This document shows positions 23,640 through 33,178 of a stretch of 37,390 nt of DNA, piece after piece. Made by a program: the position numbers and the translations under genes. The notes beneath the pieces are model-generated. The model ran no database searches. It was not told where the DNA came from and was given only the letters and a program-made list of their open reading frames with translations. This DNA is from a virus: positions 1 through 37,390 of IMG/VR virus record IMGVR_UViG_3300045988_171491. One strand, given 5' to 3'. Positions within the stretch are counted from its first letter, which is position 1; every line of letters begins with the position of its first letter.

Positions 23640-23907
23640 CGCCTGCAGTTCAGACTGTAAAGCATCCACATCACCCAGTGCGGCCCCGCCGTTGGGGCAC
23701 AACACACTATCCCTAAGGCAACTCATCACATGCAGAACCCTTACCAGGCCCCACCCATCAGAGAACGCCGGGCACCGGCCAAAACCTACCGAGACCCAAC
23801 GGGTGATTCGGCGACCCGAAACGCTGACAAGGATAAGAACAAGCGGAAGACCCGCCGCCCCCGGCGCAGCGTGGAACTACGCGGACAAGTGATAGAGGTA
23901 CCTACAG

Positions 23908-24670
23908 TTGAGCTTGACACCTTACTACGAGAATGAGCATGTCACCCTTTATCACGGGGATTCTTTAGAGCTATCGGATACGTGGGTTGGTGCTGACGCT
24001 CTTATCACTGACCCGCCCTATGGCATACGCTATTCGAGCTGCGGGGTGAAATGGAAGGGTGGCAAAAATTTTAAACGCCGCGCCGGGGGGGATAGTCTCA
24101 AACGACCAAACCCTGGAAGTTCGGGATGCCGCTCTTGCGGTGTGGGACGAAGCTAACAAGTTGGATAAGCCGGTCGCCGTGTTTGGGACGTGGCGGAAAC
24201 CGCGCCCACCGCAGACCAGGCATAGGCTTATCTGGCATAAAGACACTAATATCCTCTCTCACATGCCGAACCCTTTCATCCTCAAGGATGAGGAAATATA
24301 CGTGTGGGGCAAAGGCTGGAAGAGGGAACGGCCTGCGCTTGGTTCGGTGATAACGACTCATGAGAGCCGCCAAGCGCTGACTGCTCGGATAGGTCACCCA
24401 ACACCTAAGCCTCTTGACTTGATGCGTACCATCATCGGGCGCATGGACAACGACCAAGCCGTCATTGCTGACCCATTCTCTGGGGCGGGCTCAACGCTTA
24501 TCGCCGCGTGGCAGCTCGGGCATAAAGCAATCGGTGTTGAGCTTGAAGAAGAGTACTGCGAGCTGATAGCCATGCGCCTTGAGTATTGGCAGCGGTACGG
24601 CGGGGAAATCACCAGGAAATACCGGCTCTCTAAAACTAGCGGGGATGCTCTTGCTGAAACTTTGCTGTGA
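23908..24670 (+). pseudogene. Beta-class N6-adenine/N4-cytosine DNA methyltransferase, frame interrupted at a G7 tract
   Basis: DPPY lies in frame 1 (23908..24156). HPTPKP and DPFSGAGST lie in frame 2 (24059..24670). The frames overlap at GGGGGGG (24085-24091). G6 or a +1 slip gives ...[20 protein letters not shown]. Confidence 0.75.
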
Positions 24671-24685
24671 CGAAAGGGGTACATC

Positions 24686-25003
24686 TTGAACGGCAGGCTT
24701 GACTCGCGCCGATACCGGGGCGAACGCACCAAGTTCTTAGCCGCGTGCAAGGAGCACGGCACCCCGTGCTGGCTCTGCGGGCAGGCGATTGACTACTCCA
24801 TCCCGTGGAAAGACCCACACACCGGGCAAATCAACGATGATGCCTTTGAGCTAGATCATCTTTACCCGCGGTCTACTCATCCTGAGCTGTCGGAAGACCC
24901 GGGTAATTTCCGGGCGTCTCACCGCTCATGTAACCGGGAGCGTAGTAACAAGATGCCGCGTGCTGGTTTGGGTGGGTTATCGCGGGTATGGTGCTCTGAC
25001 TAG
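24686..25003 (+). CDS. HNH endonuclease (packaging-associated)
   Basis: CWLCG...ELDHLYPRS...SHRSCNRERSNK. It lies just upstream of the cos/terminase region. TTG start follows AAGGGG. Confidence 0.8.
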   Translation: MNGRLDSRRYRGERTKFLAACKEHGTPCWLCGQAIDYSIPWKDPHTGQINDDAFELDHLYPRSTHPELSEDPGNFRASHRSCNRERSNKMPRAGLGGLSRVWCSD

Positions 25004-25188
25004 GGTAAATACTGTTGCCGGCCTTTTTGAGGGGTAGGGGCGGTAAATTTTCGGGAATCCTGTAAGGCGGCCTCACCCTGGGGGCGGGGAGGTCTCTCCC
25101 CCCGATAGCTTTAGGGGGGTCGCGTGCGCACGCGATTATACCCCCGGTTCACAGGCTTCATTAAAAACAACATAGTGGGTGATGTGCC
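25004..25188. other. Putative cos / packaging recognition region
   Basis: 185-nt non-coding gap between HNH and the packaging genes. It has G-rich direct motifs (25031-25043, 25080-25092), C6-N10-G6 (25098-25119) and the perfect 16-bp palindrome TCGCGTGCGCACGCGA (25120-25135). Confidence 0.4.
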
Positions 25189-25923
25189 GTGTCTAACATC
25201 CGTGCAATGCCGCCGATGTGGCATGAGCGGCCCCGCGGAACCTCAAAAAAGCGCGTGTCACGCACCGCAAACGCGGCGGACACTCTCACCGGCTTCGATG
25301 TGGGCACTGAGATTGACGTCATCACATTCGGGCAGTTCTCCCTAGTGGATGCTATCGACGCGGTGCTGGACATGACCGGCCCCGCAGATGTGGTTATTTC
25401 CACATGGGCGGCAGCCCAATTTGATATGTCGCAAATCCAGGCGCAGCTCACCAGCAAACGTATCCGCAATCTGCAAATCATCCTGGACGCATCAATGGTG
25501 AACCGGTACCCAGACTTTTGCCGCAACCTTGAAGAGCGATTCGGCAAACAATGCCTGCGTACCACGCAGACCCACATGAAATTCGTGCTCATCAAAACCA
25601 CCACCCACAAGGTGGTTATCCGCACCTCTATGAACCTGAATTTCAACCCGCGCTTGGAATACATCCAAATCGCTGAAGACCCAGAACTTTACGACTTTTT
25701 TGTATCCGTAACAGACGCAATTTTTGAGGCCGAAGATGAGGGCCTGGATCGGCACCGGCAGCTTCCTGGGCTGGATGGTGTGCCGTCGGTGACCCCCAGC
25801 ATCCCGGTTCGGATGGGTAAAACACCCTCTGCGGGTGAGCCGCCGCGCCGTGGCCTGAAACAGGCCAAAAAGCTAGGAGTGATTGATAATGCCCGCACGA
25901 AAAACCGTGAAAAAACCCGGTGA
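25189..25923 (+). CDS. PLD/HKD-like single-domain protein (putative nuclease)
   Basis: THMKFVLIK...VVIRTSMNLN resembles H-x-K...(G/T)S-x-N of the phospholipase D/Nuc superfamily, but the Asp position is Lys. GTG start; 244 aa. Confidence 0.45.
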   Translation: MSNIRAMPPMWHERPRGTSKKRVSRTANAADTLTGFDVGTEIDVITFGQFSLVDAIDAVLDMTGPADVVISTWAAAQFDMSQIQAQLTSKRIRNLQIILDASMVNRYPDFCRNLEERFGKQCLRTTQTHMKFVLIKTTTHKVVIRTSMNLNFNPRLEYIQIAEDPELYDFFVSVTDAIFEAEDEGLDRHRQLPGLDGVPSVTPSIPVRMGKTPSAGEPPRRGLKQAKKLGVIDNARTKNREKTR

Positions 25924-26218
25924 GCTGAAACTCGCAGCGCTTCCTGAGCCTATCGCGGCGGTGCGTGAGGAACTGCTCGCTGAGCACACCGCTGAGACTG
26001 CCGCCCGCATCACCGGCCCGGAATTCGACGCCTATTGCACCGCCGTGTACCGGCTACGTGATGCCCGCACCCGAATCGCTGAAGAAGAACTGATCGTGCC
26101 AGACGCGAAAAACCAGCCGGTGGTGCACCCAGCCTACGCCGTGGAACGCATGGCCGCCGATGACCTGCGCAAATGGGGCGACAAATTCAAGCCCCGCCCT
26201 TCTAGGGGGGGGCGGTAA
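25889..26218 (+). CDS. Terminase small subunit (P27-family-like)
   Basis: Pattern FDAYCTAVYRLRDARTRIAEEELIV...NQPVVHPAY..ERMAADDLRKWGDKF. ATG 25889 lies 9 nt after AGGAG. Confidence 0.55.
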   Translation: MPARKTVKKPGELKLAALPEPIAAVREELLAEHTAETAARITGPEFDAYCTAVYRLRDARTRIAEEELIVPDAKNQPVVHPAYAVERMAADDLRKWGDKFKPRPSRGGR

Positions 26219-26221
26219 ACA

Positions 26222-26593
26222 ATGGCGAAAAGAGCGAGTCTACTACGAAAGGTTGAAGAATCCGTTCGGGCCGCCAAAAAAGAAGGCACCCTCAAATCCG
26301 CCGATGAGCTCGCTATCGCCACGCTCAAAGACTATGCGCGGCTTATCGACGGTGCCGCCGAAATATTCGACATCGAGGGCGACATAGAACCTCTTAATAA
26401 AGCGCTCGCTGTTTCTGGTGCGCACATGACGAAGCTGATGGGGGCGTTGGGTCTTACCCCGCTGGCCCGCGGTGAGCTGGGTGCGAAGGATGAAGGGGCA
26501 CGTGATGGGGTTGAAGAGCTCAAAGAAAAGCGGAAGCAGCTCGCAGCTGCGTGGAAAAACCGAGCCGCGGCTGTGGACGCGGCCGCTGCGTGA
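26222..26593 (+). CDS. Second small-terminase-like / packaging accessory protein
   Basis: 123 aa, helical, with LMGALGLTPLARGEL (the GLTP..R motif common in small terminases). It lies directly upstream of TerL. Confidence 0.4.
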   Translation: MAKRASLLRKVEESVRAAKKEGTLKSADELAIATLKDYARLIDGAAEIFDIEGDIEPLNKALAVSGAHMTKLMGALGLTPLARGELGAKDEGARDGVEELKEKRKQLAAAWKNRAAAVDAAAA

Positions 26594-28091
26594 GCTCACG
26601 CCTGCTACCTCATTCGGTTTCGAGTGTATTGAGTTCATTGAGAAAGAACTTGGCCGGTCTCTGCATCCGTGGCAGAAATGGTTTCTGATCCACTCAATGG
26701 AGCTGAAACGCGGCTCATTCGTGTGGGATGAGTTCCCAGAATTTCGGTTCAAAACCGTGATTCTGCTGGTGGCCCGCCAAAATGGGAAGTCTTACATTAT
26801 GAGCTCACGGCTGTTGTGGCGGATGCTGCAGTGGGACGGCCCGGAAGAGAACGCGCCGTTGGTGCTGGGCACGGCCCATAAGCTGCGTCTTGCTGAAGAA
26901 ATCCTTGATTTATCGTTTAGCGCCCTGAAAAATTCGCGGCTACGGCACCGGATCGACCGGAAAAAGGATACGAACGGTAACAAGCTTTTCCGTCTGGTGA
27001 ATGGTGCGCGGTACATGTGCGAGGCCGCTAGTGATGATGGTGGCCGTGGCCTTTCGGTCATTGACCTTGCCTTTGATGAGCTGCGTCAGCAGCGTGAGTG
27101 GTCTGCTTGGTCTGCTATGACGAACACCACGAACGCGATTCATTCTTCGCAGGTGATCGCGGTCTCGAACGCGGGTGAAGCGAAATCTGATGTGCTGCGG
27201 TCTCTGCGTGAGAAAGCTCTTCAAGAGATTGAGGATTACGCCAATAGCGGCGGCGCCCCGGATTATGAGCCGGTAGACCCGTCGCTGGGGCTTTTTGAGT
27301 ATTCGGCCCCGGATGGGTGCGACATTTGGGATCGTGAAGGGTGGGCGCAGGCTAACCCGTCGCTGGGGTGGCCGTATGGGCCGACCGTGGACACGATCGC
27401 GTCGCAGGCGGCGCTAGTGGGTGAGCCCGGCGCGGGCATGCCCGAACATAAGTTCCGCACCGAAAACCTCTGCCAATGGGTCAATGTCGCCGAAGACGGT
27501 ATTTTTCGGGATGAAGATGTGGATGCCTGCACCGACGATGAATCTGAGATAGCCCCAGAGTCCCCCATTTACCTGGGGGTGGACGTGTCAAAAGACCGGT
27601 CAATGTCGTATATGGCGGTGGCCGGGTGGCGGGAAGACGGGCTGCCGCATGTTGAGGTGATCGCCCGCCGCGCTTACACGGAATGGGTGCCAAAGCATTT
27701 AGCGGAAAAGCTCATGTTCACGCCTGAGGCAACGATTGTGCAGGGCCGTGGCGCCCCAGTGAGTACCATCATCGACTTCATTGAGCAGGCCGGTGTTGAG
27801 GTGACCCGGTGCGAGGGCACGAACCTGCCCAATTCGTGCGGGCAGTTCTATGACCGGGTGGTGCAAGGAAATATCCGGTGGCGGAACCAGCCTGATTTGA
27901 TGCTGGCTTTGAAAGAGGCGCAAGTGAAAACGATAGGCGATTCATGGGTGTTTAACCGCGAAAAGTCCCCGGTAGACATTGCGCCGCTGTGCGCCGCCTC
28001 TGTGGCCCTGTGGGGGCTAACGACCGGTGCAAAGAAAGAAAAGCCTGTGTCCGCGTACACGGGTGAGACCTATGGGAATTGGTGGGAGTAA
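26505..28091 (+). CDS. Terminase large subunit
   Basis: PRLWTRPLRELTP..., Walker A-like LVARQNGKS, and a nuclease half. The start (ATG 26505) is uncertain and overlaps the upstream gene. Confidence 0.9.
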   Translation: MGLKSSKKSGSSSQLRGKTEPRLWTRPLRELTPATSFGFECIEFIEKELGRSLHPWQKWFLIHSMELKRGSFVWDEFPEFRFKTVILLVARQNGKSYIMSSRLLWRMLQWDGPEENAPLVLGTAHKLRLAEEILDLSFSALKNSRLRHRIDRKKDTNGNKLFRLVNGARYMCEAASDDGGRGLSVIDLAFDELRQQREWSAWSAMTNTTNAIHSSQVIAVSNAGEAKSDVLRSLREKALQEIEDYANSGGAPDYEPVDPSLGLFEYSAPDGCDIWDREGWAQANPSLGWPYGPTVDTIASQAALVGEPGAGMPEHKFRTENLCQWVNVAEDGIFRDEDVDACTDDESEIAPESPIYLGVDVSKDRSMSYMAVAGWREDGLPHVEVIARRAYTEWVPKHLAEKLMFTPEATIVQGRGAPVSTIIDFIEQAGVEVTRCEGTNLPNSCGQFYDRVVQGNIRWRNQPDLMLALKEAQVKTIGDSWVFNREKSPVDIAPLCAASVALWGLTTGAKKEKPVSAYTGETYGNWWE

Positions 28092-29606
28092 ATGGGCGTT
28101 GGCAAGATTATCGCCGCGGCGATCCGTGACCGTGTGCCCCGCGCCGCCGGGGTATTCGAAGGCCGCCCTGTCGAAATTTTCGTGAATTCAGCAGGCGGCG
28201 GCAGCGAACCCGCACCGGAAAAAGCTACCCTTGCGGCCCTGTGGAAATTTCAGCCTCACCTGCGCACGGTCATTGATTTTTACGCCCGGAACATCGCTCA
28301 GCTTGCGTTACAGGCTTTCGTGCGGGCCCCGGATGGGTCTAGCGAACGTGACCGCACCTCATATGCCGCCCGCCGGTTGTGCGTGCAACCGAACGGGCAT
28401 ATGACATCATACGAGCTGTTCTATGACCTGGTGTCGAACCTGCAGCTGTACAACCGGGCATACTGGTTTTTCCTAACCAACGCCGCCGGTGAGACAGAGA
28501 TTCACCCTTTCCCCGCGTCATGGGTCACTCCCATCTATGACGGGTACGCCGCTGTTTCTCACTACGAGATTCTGGCCCCGAAAGAGCCAGAGCCGGTAAA
28601 GGTCAAGCCCGAAGACTGCCTAGCATTTGAGGGCTGGAACCCGGCCCCGGGCGCGGAAAGCTCGCTTGTGGAAACCCTGCGGCTGGTTCTGGAAGAGAAC
28701 CACCATTCACGCAAATACCGGGTGCAGTTTTGGCGTAAATCCGGGCGGGTGGGAACCTACCTGACACGCCCGGTTACCGCGCCCGCCTGGGATGACACCG
28801 CCCGTAAACGGTTTTACACGATGTTCGAAGAGTTCGTGGGTGATAAAGGCCGCCGTGCAGGCTCCACGCCGCTGCTAGAAGACGGGATAGAGCTCAAACG
28901 CGCCGCCTTCACTAGCGCCGATGAGCAGTGGGCGGAATCCGTGAAACTTTCCCTTCGCACCGTGGCCCAGGTCTACCAGATCAACCCGGCGATGCTGGGG
29001 GACATTGACGGCACTACCTACGCCAACATGCGCGAATTTAACCGCTCCCTGTACTCGAATACCCTGGGGCCGCTGGTGCGTTTCATCGAAGCCCGTATTA
29101 ACGTTTTCGCGCTCCCCCGCCTAGAGGCCGCTGAAGGCACCTTCGTGGAGTTCAACGTCCAGGAAAAGCTACGCGGATCATTCGAAGAACAAGCTTCTTT
29201 GCTGTCTACCGCTATCGGCGCGCCGTGGCTCACCCGCAACGAAGGACGCCAAAAATTCCAGAACTTGCCCCCCATTGAAGGCGGCGACGAACTCATCACC
29301 CCGCTCAACGTCCTAGTAGGAGGTCAAACCTCACCACAAGACGGCGGGGCACCGCCCGGGGCCGGGAAAACCGCGGCCCACACCATCATCCGCAAACACC
29401 TTGAACGTATTAGCCGGGTCATCCCTTCCAAAGGGATGACCCGGCCCCGTTTCGAGAAAGAACTAGCGGAAGACCTCACCGGGCACACGGATGACCCGGC
29501 GGCGCTCGCTCAGCGGGTGCATGACCTGATTGAAGCTAACCCTAACGCCCCCGTCACGGGGGTTATTTCGTCTCTGGAAGGAGAAAACCGTGACTCTGCT
29601 GTATAA
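28092..29606 (+). CDS. Portal protein (HK97 family)
   Basis: 504 aa immediately after TerL (TAAATG), with HK97-type portal sequence features. Confidence 0.85.
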   Translation: MGVGKIIAAAIRDRVPRAAGVFEGRPVEIFVNSAGGGSEPAPEKATLAALWKFQPHLRTVIDFYARNIAQLALQAFVRAPDGSSERDRTSYAARRLCVQPNGHMTSYELFYDLVSNLQLYNRAYWFFLTNAAGETEIHPFPASWVTPIYDGYAAVSHYEILAPKEPEPVKVKPEDCLAFEGWNPAPGAESSLVETLRLVLEENHHSRKYRVQFWRKSGRVGTYLTRPVTAPAWDDTARKRFYTMFEEFVGDKGRRAGSTPLLEDGIELKRAAFTSADEQWAESVKLSLRTVAQVYQINPAMLGDIDGTTYANMREFNRSLYSNTLGPLVRFIEARINVFALPRLEAAEGTFVEFNVQEKLRGSFEEQASLLSTAIGAPWLTRNEGRQKFQNLPPIEGGDELITPLNVLVGGQTSPQDGGAPPGAGKTAAHTIIRKHLERISRVIPSKGMTRPRFEKELAEDLTGHTDDPAALAQRVHDLIEANPNAPVTGVISSLEGENRDSAV

Positions 29607-30342
29607 AACCGCCCCAGTCGGTGAACTGGCTGTGAAAGAGGCCCCCACCGGCGGGGCCGTGGGAGAGTTCACGGGGTACGCGGCAGTATTCGGGAATGTG
29701 GACACCTACGGGGATGTGGTGGTCAAAGGCGCTTTCACAGAATCGCTATCCACCTACAAGCCTGGTGGTGCAGGTATCCCCTGCTACTGGTCACACCGGA
29801 TGGATGACCCAGAAATGTGCATCGGTGAAACACTCACCGCCGCTGAAGACGAAATCGGGCTGAAAGTCACCGTGCGTCTAGACCTTGAGACGAACCCGAA
29901 AGCCGCCCGCGCCTACGAGCTCATCCGGGCGGGGCGGGTCGCTCAAATGAGCTTCGCCTACCAGGTGCTGGACGCCGAATGGGTCGAGCGTGAAGACGCG
30001 CCCTTCGGCGAAGCCTACGAGCTTCGCAAACTCAAGCTTTTCGAGGTTTCCCTGGTGCAAATCGGGGCAAACACCGAAACCGAGGTGACCGACGTAAAAA
30101 AAGCGGTCGCACGGGTGAAAGCAGGCCGAAAAATTTCGGCTGCCACTCACGAAAAACTCGCTCAAGCGCGAGACCTCATAAGCGAGGTAATCGAATCCAC
30201 CGATGACGACGGTAGCTCCCAGGAGCCGGACGACGCCAAAGCCCAGGAGCCGGAAACGGCCAAAGCCCAGGAGCTGACCCCGGTCAAAGAGCGCACGCTC
30301 GACGCCAACGAGATTCAGAAACTCAAAAAATTCTTTGCATAG
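29590..30342 (+). CDS. Prohead protease (HK97/S78 family)
   Basis: FTGYAAVFGNVDTYGDVVVKGAFTESL signature. GTG 29590 follows GGAAGGAG. Confidence 0.85.
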   Translation: MTLLYKTAPVGELAVKEAPTGGAVGEFTGYAAVFGNVDTYGDVVVKGAFTESLSTYKPGGAGIPCYWSHRMDDPEMCIGETLTAAEDEIGLKVTVRLDLETNPKAARAYELIRAGRVAQMSFAYQVLDAEWVEREDAPFGEAYELRKLKLFEVSLVQIGANTETEVTDVKKAVARVKAGRKISAATHEKLAQARDLISEVIESTDDDGSSQEPDDAKAQEPETAKAQELTPVKERTLDANEIQKLKKFFA

Positions 30343-30356
30343 AAAGGAAGCTGAAT

Positions 30357-31604
30357 ATGCGCATCTCTGAAAAGATCGCTTCGGCTAACGCAGAGGCTCA
30401 GGAACTTCTCGCTGTCGCTGAGAAGGGTGCCCTGACCGATGAACAGTCCGCCCGCCTGGCTGAGCTCACCACCGAGGTGACCGGCCTGAAAAAGCAGGAA
30501 GAGCAGTACAAGGAATCCCAGGCGGTTTTCGCCGGGCTCGGCGACCCCCACAAGGCCGCCGCTGACGCTGAGGAAAAAGAAGCAGCACCCACCGGCGGCG
30601 GCTCTCTCGGCGAAATCGCTGTGAAGTCCTTCCGCGAATCCGGTGTGCTGGAAATGGTCAAAGACCACCGCAAAGCATCCTCTGACCTGATGTATAGCAA
30701 AGCGGCTGGTGACCCCATCACCACCACCAGCGCCGTAGGCACCGCAACCAGCCTGCTGCTACCCGATATTGACAAGAACATTGTCAAGCAGAACCTTCAG
30801 CGGCTCACCATCGCGGACTGGCTCGGCGGCGGCACGATTTCCGGTAATTCCATCACCTACTTCCTGGAAAAGGCGTGGGACAACAGCACCCACGGCGCCC
30901 CCGGGATGGTCGCTGAATCCGGTAAAAAGCCCGGCGTCACCGCCCCCGAATATGAGCAGAAAACCATTCACCTGAAAAAGCTCGCCGGGTGGCTCACCCT
31001 CACCGACGAAATGGCCGAAGACCTGCCGTTCCTTGTCTCGGAAATCAACAACCGCCTGCTGGTGCAGCTCGCTATCGCAGAGGAAAACCAGCTGCTCAAC
31101 GGTGACGGCACCGGCAACAACCTAGAGGGCCTACTGACCCGCCCCGGGCTGCTCACCGAAGCACCCGCCAAGGCCAGCGACAACGTGGACTCCATCTACA
31201 AGGCCCAAAACGCGGTCTTCCTCAAAACCGGGCTACGCGCTGACGGGCTGATCATCAACCCGGCAGACTACCAGACGTTGCGCCTGTCCAAAGACGCAAA
31301 CGGCCAGTACTTCGGCGGCGGCCCCTTCACCGGCCAGTACGGTGTGGGCGGCATCATGCAAGAGCCCTCCCTGTGGGGCCTGAACGTCATCCAGACCACC
31401 GCGATCCCCGCAGGCACCGCCCTAGTCGGTGCAGGCAAGACCGCCGCAACGGTTTACCGCAAGGGTGCCCTGCGAGTCGAAGCGTCGAACAACGTGAATG
31501 ACGATTTCCTTTATAACCGTTTCCGTGTGCTCGCTGAAGAACGGCTCGCCCTGGCTGTGCGCATGCCCGCCGCGTTCTGCAAGATCACCCTCTCCAACAA
31601 GTAA
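30357..31604 (+). CDS. Major capsid protein (HK97 fold)
   Basis: 415 aa with an N-terminal coiled-coil delta domain followed by an HK97-like core. It lies after the protease. Confidence 0.9.
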   Translation: MRISEKIASANAEAQELLAVAEKGALTDEQSARLAELTTEVTGLKKQEEQYKESQAVFAGLGDPHKAAADAEEKEAAPTGGGSLGEIAVKSFRESGVLEMVKDHRKASSDLMYSKAAGDPITTTSAVGTATSLLLPDIDKNIVKQNLQRLTIADWLGGGTISGNSITYFLEKAWDNSTHGAPGMVAESGKKPGVTAPEYEQKTIHLKKLAGWLTLTDEMAEDLPFLVSEINNRLLVQLAIAEENQLLNGDGTGNNLEGLLTRPGLLTEAPAKASDNVDSIYKAQNAVFLKTGLRADGLIINPADYQTLRLSKDANGQYFGGGPFTGQYGVGGIMQEPSLWGLNVIQTTAIPAGTALVGAGKTAATVYRKGALRVEASNNVNDDFLYNRFRVLAEERLALAVRMPAAFCKITLSNK

Positions 31605-31620
31605 TCAACGCCACCCCACC

Positions 31621-31644
31621 GCCCCGCCCGTATCCGGGCGGGGC
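31621..31644 (+). terminator. Perfect 10-bp GC hairpin after the capsid gene (no U-tract)
   Basis: GCCCCGCCCG-TATC-CGGGCGGGGC. Confidence 0.5.
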
Positions 31645-31671
31645 AGGGCCAACACCGCAGGAGGATAACCA

Positions 31672-32175
31672 GTGAGTAAACCCTCAATCCTGGGATTCCA
31701 AAAAACCCCTGCCGAAACTGCCATGCAAATCGTGCGGAACTACTGCGGCTGGCACATCGGCCCGCCCGTCCGTGAAACTCTCACCCTTGACGGTAACGGC
31801 CAAAACAAAATGGCTCTACCCTCAAACCGGGTCAGTCATGTGCACGCGCTCGCTTTTGATGGTGTGCCTGTGACGGATTTTAGGGTTTCGTCGAATGGGT
31901 GGTTGAAGCTGCCTAAGGGGCAGGTTTTCCCGGATGACCCGGGGTCGGTCACGGTGACTCTCACTCATGGGCATGAAGACCTTGAGGTGGTGGCGAAGGT
32001 GATTAATTCGCTGGCTGCACGGGCTCAGATGGGTGCGGGCGGGAATATCGCTTCACAGCGGGCTGGTACCCAGTCGGTGGCTTATGGGATGCGCGGCGGT
32101 GAGGCCACGGGCGTGACGCTTCTGCAGCAGGAAAAGGAAGAGTTGGCCCCGTATAAGCTCTGGTGGTTGCCATGA
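31672..32175 (+). CDS. Head-tail connector/adaptor protein (by position)
   Basis: First gene after the capsid; RBS GGAGGATAACCA before the GTG. Confidence 0.5.
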   Translation: MSKPSILGFQKTPAETAMQIVRNYCGWHIGPPVRETLTLDGNGQNKMALPSNRVSHVHALAFDGVPVTDFRVSSNGWLKLPKGQVFPDDPGSVTVTLTHGHEDLEVVAKVINSLAARAQMGAGGNIASQRAGTQSVAYGMRGGEATGVTLLQQEKEELAPYKLWWLP

Positions 32176-32513
32176 GCCTGCCGATGCCGGGGTACCCGGC
32201 GACTGTGACGCATATACGCCGCACTGGTGAGGCGGTAACTGCGGATGGGTTTAAGAAGCGTGTCGAGACCCGCACTCAGGTGCAGGCCGCGATTGATGCG
32301 CCCACTGCTGCTGAGCCGCGGGATGGTGCGGCGTTGGTGGCGACTATCGACCGTGTTCTTTACCTGCCGCCGGGCACGGTGGTGGCCGCCGATGACCGGT
32401 TCGTTATTGACGGCACCGTGTTCGAAGTTGAAGGAGAAGCCCCCGTGATCAAGAACCCGTTCACGGGGACTGTTTTTTACACCGAGGTGAAAGTGAGGCG
32501 GTGGCATGGGTAA
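32163..32513 (+). CDS. Head closure / head-tail joining protein (by position)
   Basis: Overlapping, coupled 116-aa ORF. Confidence 0.45.
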   Translation: MVAMSLPMPGYPATVTHIRRTGEAVTADGFKKRVETRTQVQAAIDAPTAAEPRDGAALVATIDRVLYLPPGTVVAADDRFVIDGTVFEVEGEAPVIKNPFTGTVFYTEVKVRRWHG

Positions 32514-32775
32514 CGCTAAGTCTGGGGTGAAGCTGGATAAAGCCGCGTTCCGGGCGCTTCGTAAGCATCCGAAGGTGCGGGCAGATTTGAAACGCCGCGC
32601 CCAGGCTATCGCGGCGGCAGCATCTAAAAACGGTCAAGTGAGCGGGTATAAGGTCACTGAGTTGTTGCTGGAAGACCCCCGCGGCGCGGTTTCTGTTATG
32701 GCGACCGGTCATGCCCGCGCCCATGACCGGAAACACAATTCACTCATTAAAGCATTGGACGCGGGCCGTGACTGA
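32506..32775 (+). CDS. Head-tail joining protein (by position)
   Basis: Coupled 89-aa basic ORF. Confidence 0.4.
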   Translation: MGNAKSGVKLDKAAFRALRKHPKVRADLKRRAQAIAAAASKNGQVSGYKVTELLLEDPRGAVSVMATGHARAHDRKHNSLIKALDAGRD

Positions 32776-33178
32776 CGCCGCGCAGCATTATGTTTTCCCG
32801 TCGCATTTGTCGCTGGCTTACCGGTTTTTCGCGGGGAAGCTCCCGGATGTTCTGGTGGCCCGTGATGAGCCCCCGGCGGGGTGGGATAAAAACACTCCCA
32901 TAGTGCTCATCAAAGACGGCGGCGGCGGGCGTATCCACCACCTGCAGCTTGCGGATCGGCGGGTGACTTTTGAGGTTCGCGCCCCGGATGGTGAGGCCGC
33001 TGAGGCGCTGGCCACCCGTGTGTTTGAGCTGATGCGTGGCTGGCCGTTCGAGGCGGCCCCGGTTTATCTGCCGGGTCAGCTGCCGCTTCCGCTGTATTTC
33101 CCGCTAGATGAGCCGCGGCTCCCAGCGTACACGTGGACGGTCACGGTCACTGTGAAATCTGTCCAACTCTCCAATTAA
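32768..33178 (+). CDS. Tail terminator / tail completion protein (by position)
   Basis: GTG 32768 overlaps the upstream stop. It is the last gene before the major tail. Confidence 0.4.
   Translation: MTDAAQHYVFPSHLSLAYRFFAGKLPDVLVARDEPPAGWDKNTPIVLIKDGGGGRIHHLQLADRRVTFEVRAPDGEAAEALATRVFELMRGWPFEAAPVYLPGQLPLPLYFPLDEPRLPAYTWTVTVTVKSVQLSN

Noticed and set aside
23730-23936. A 68-aa basic ORF between the tRNA and the methylase
   Set aside because: It has no convincing RBS, is lysine/arginine-rich and low in complexity, and overlaps the methylase start. It is probably non-coding tRNA trailer or methylase leader.
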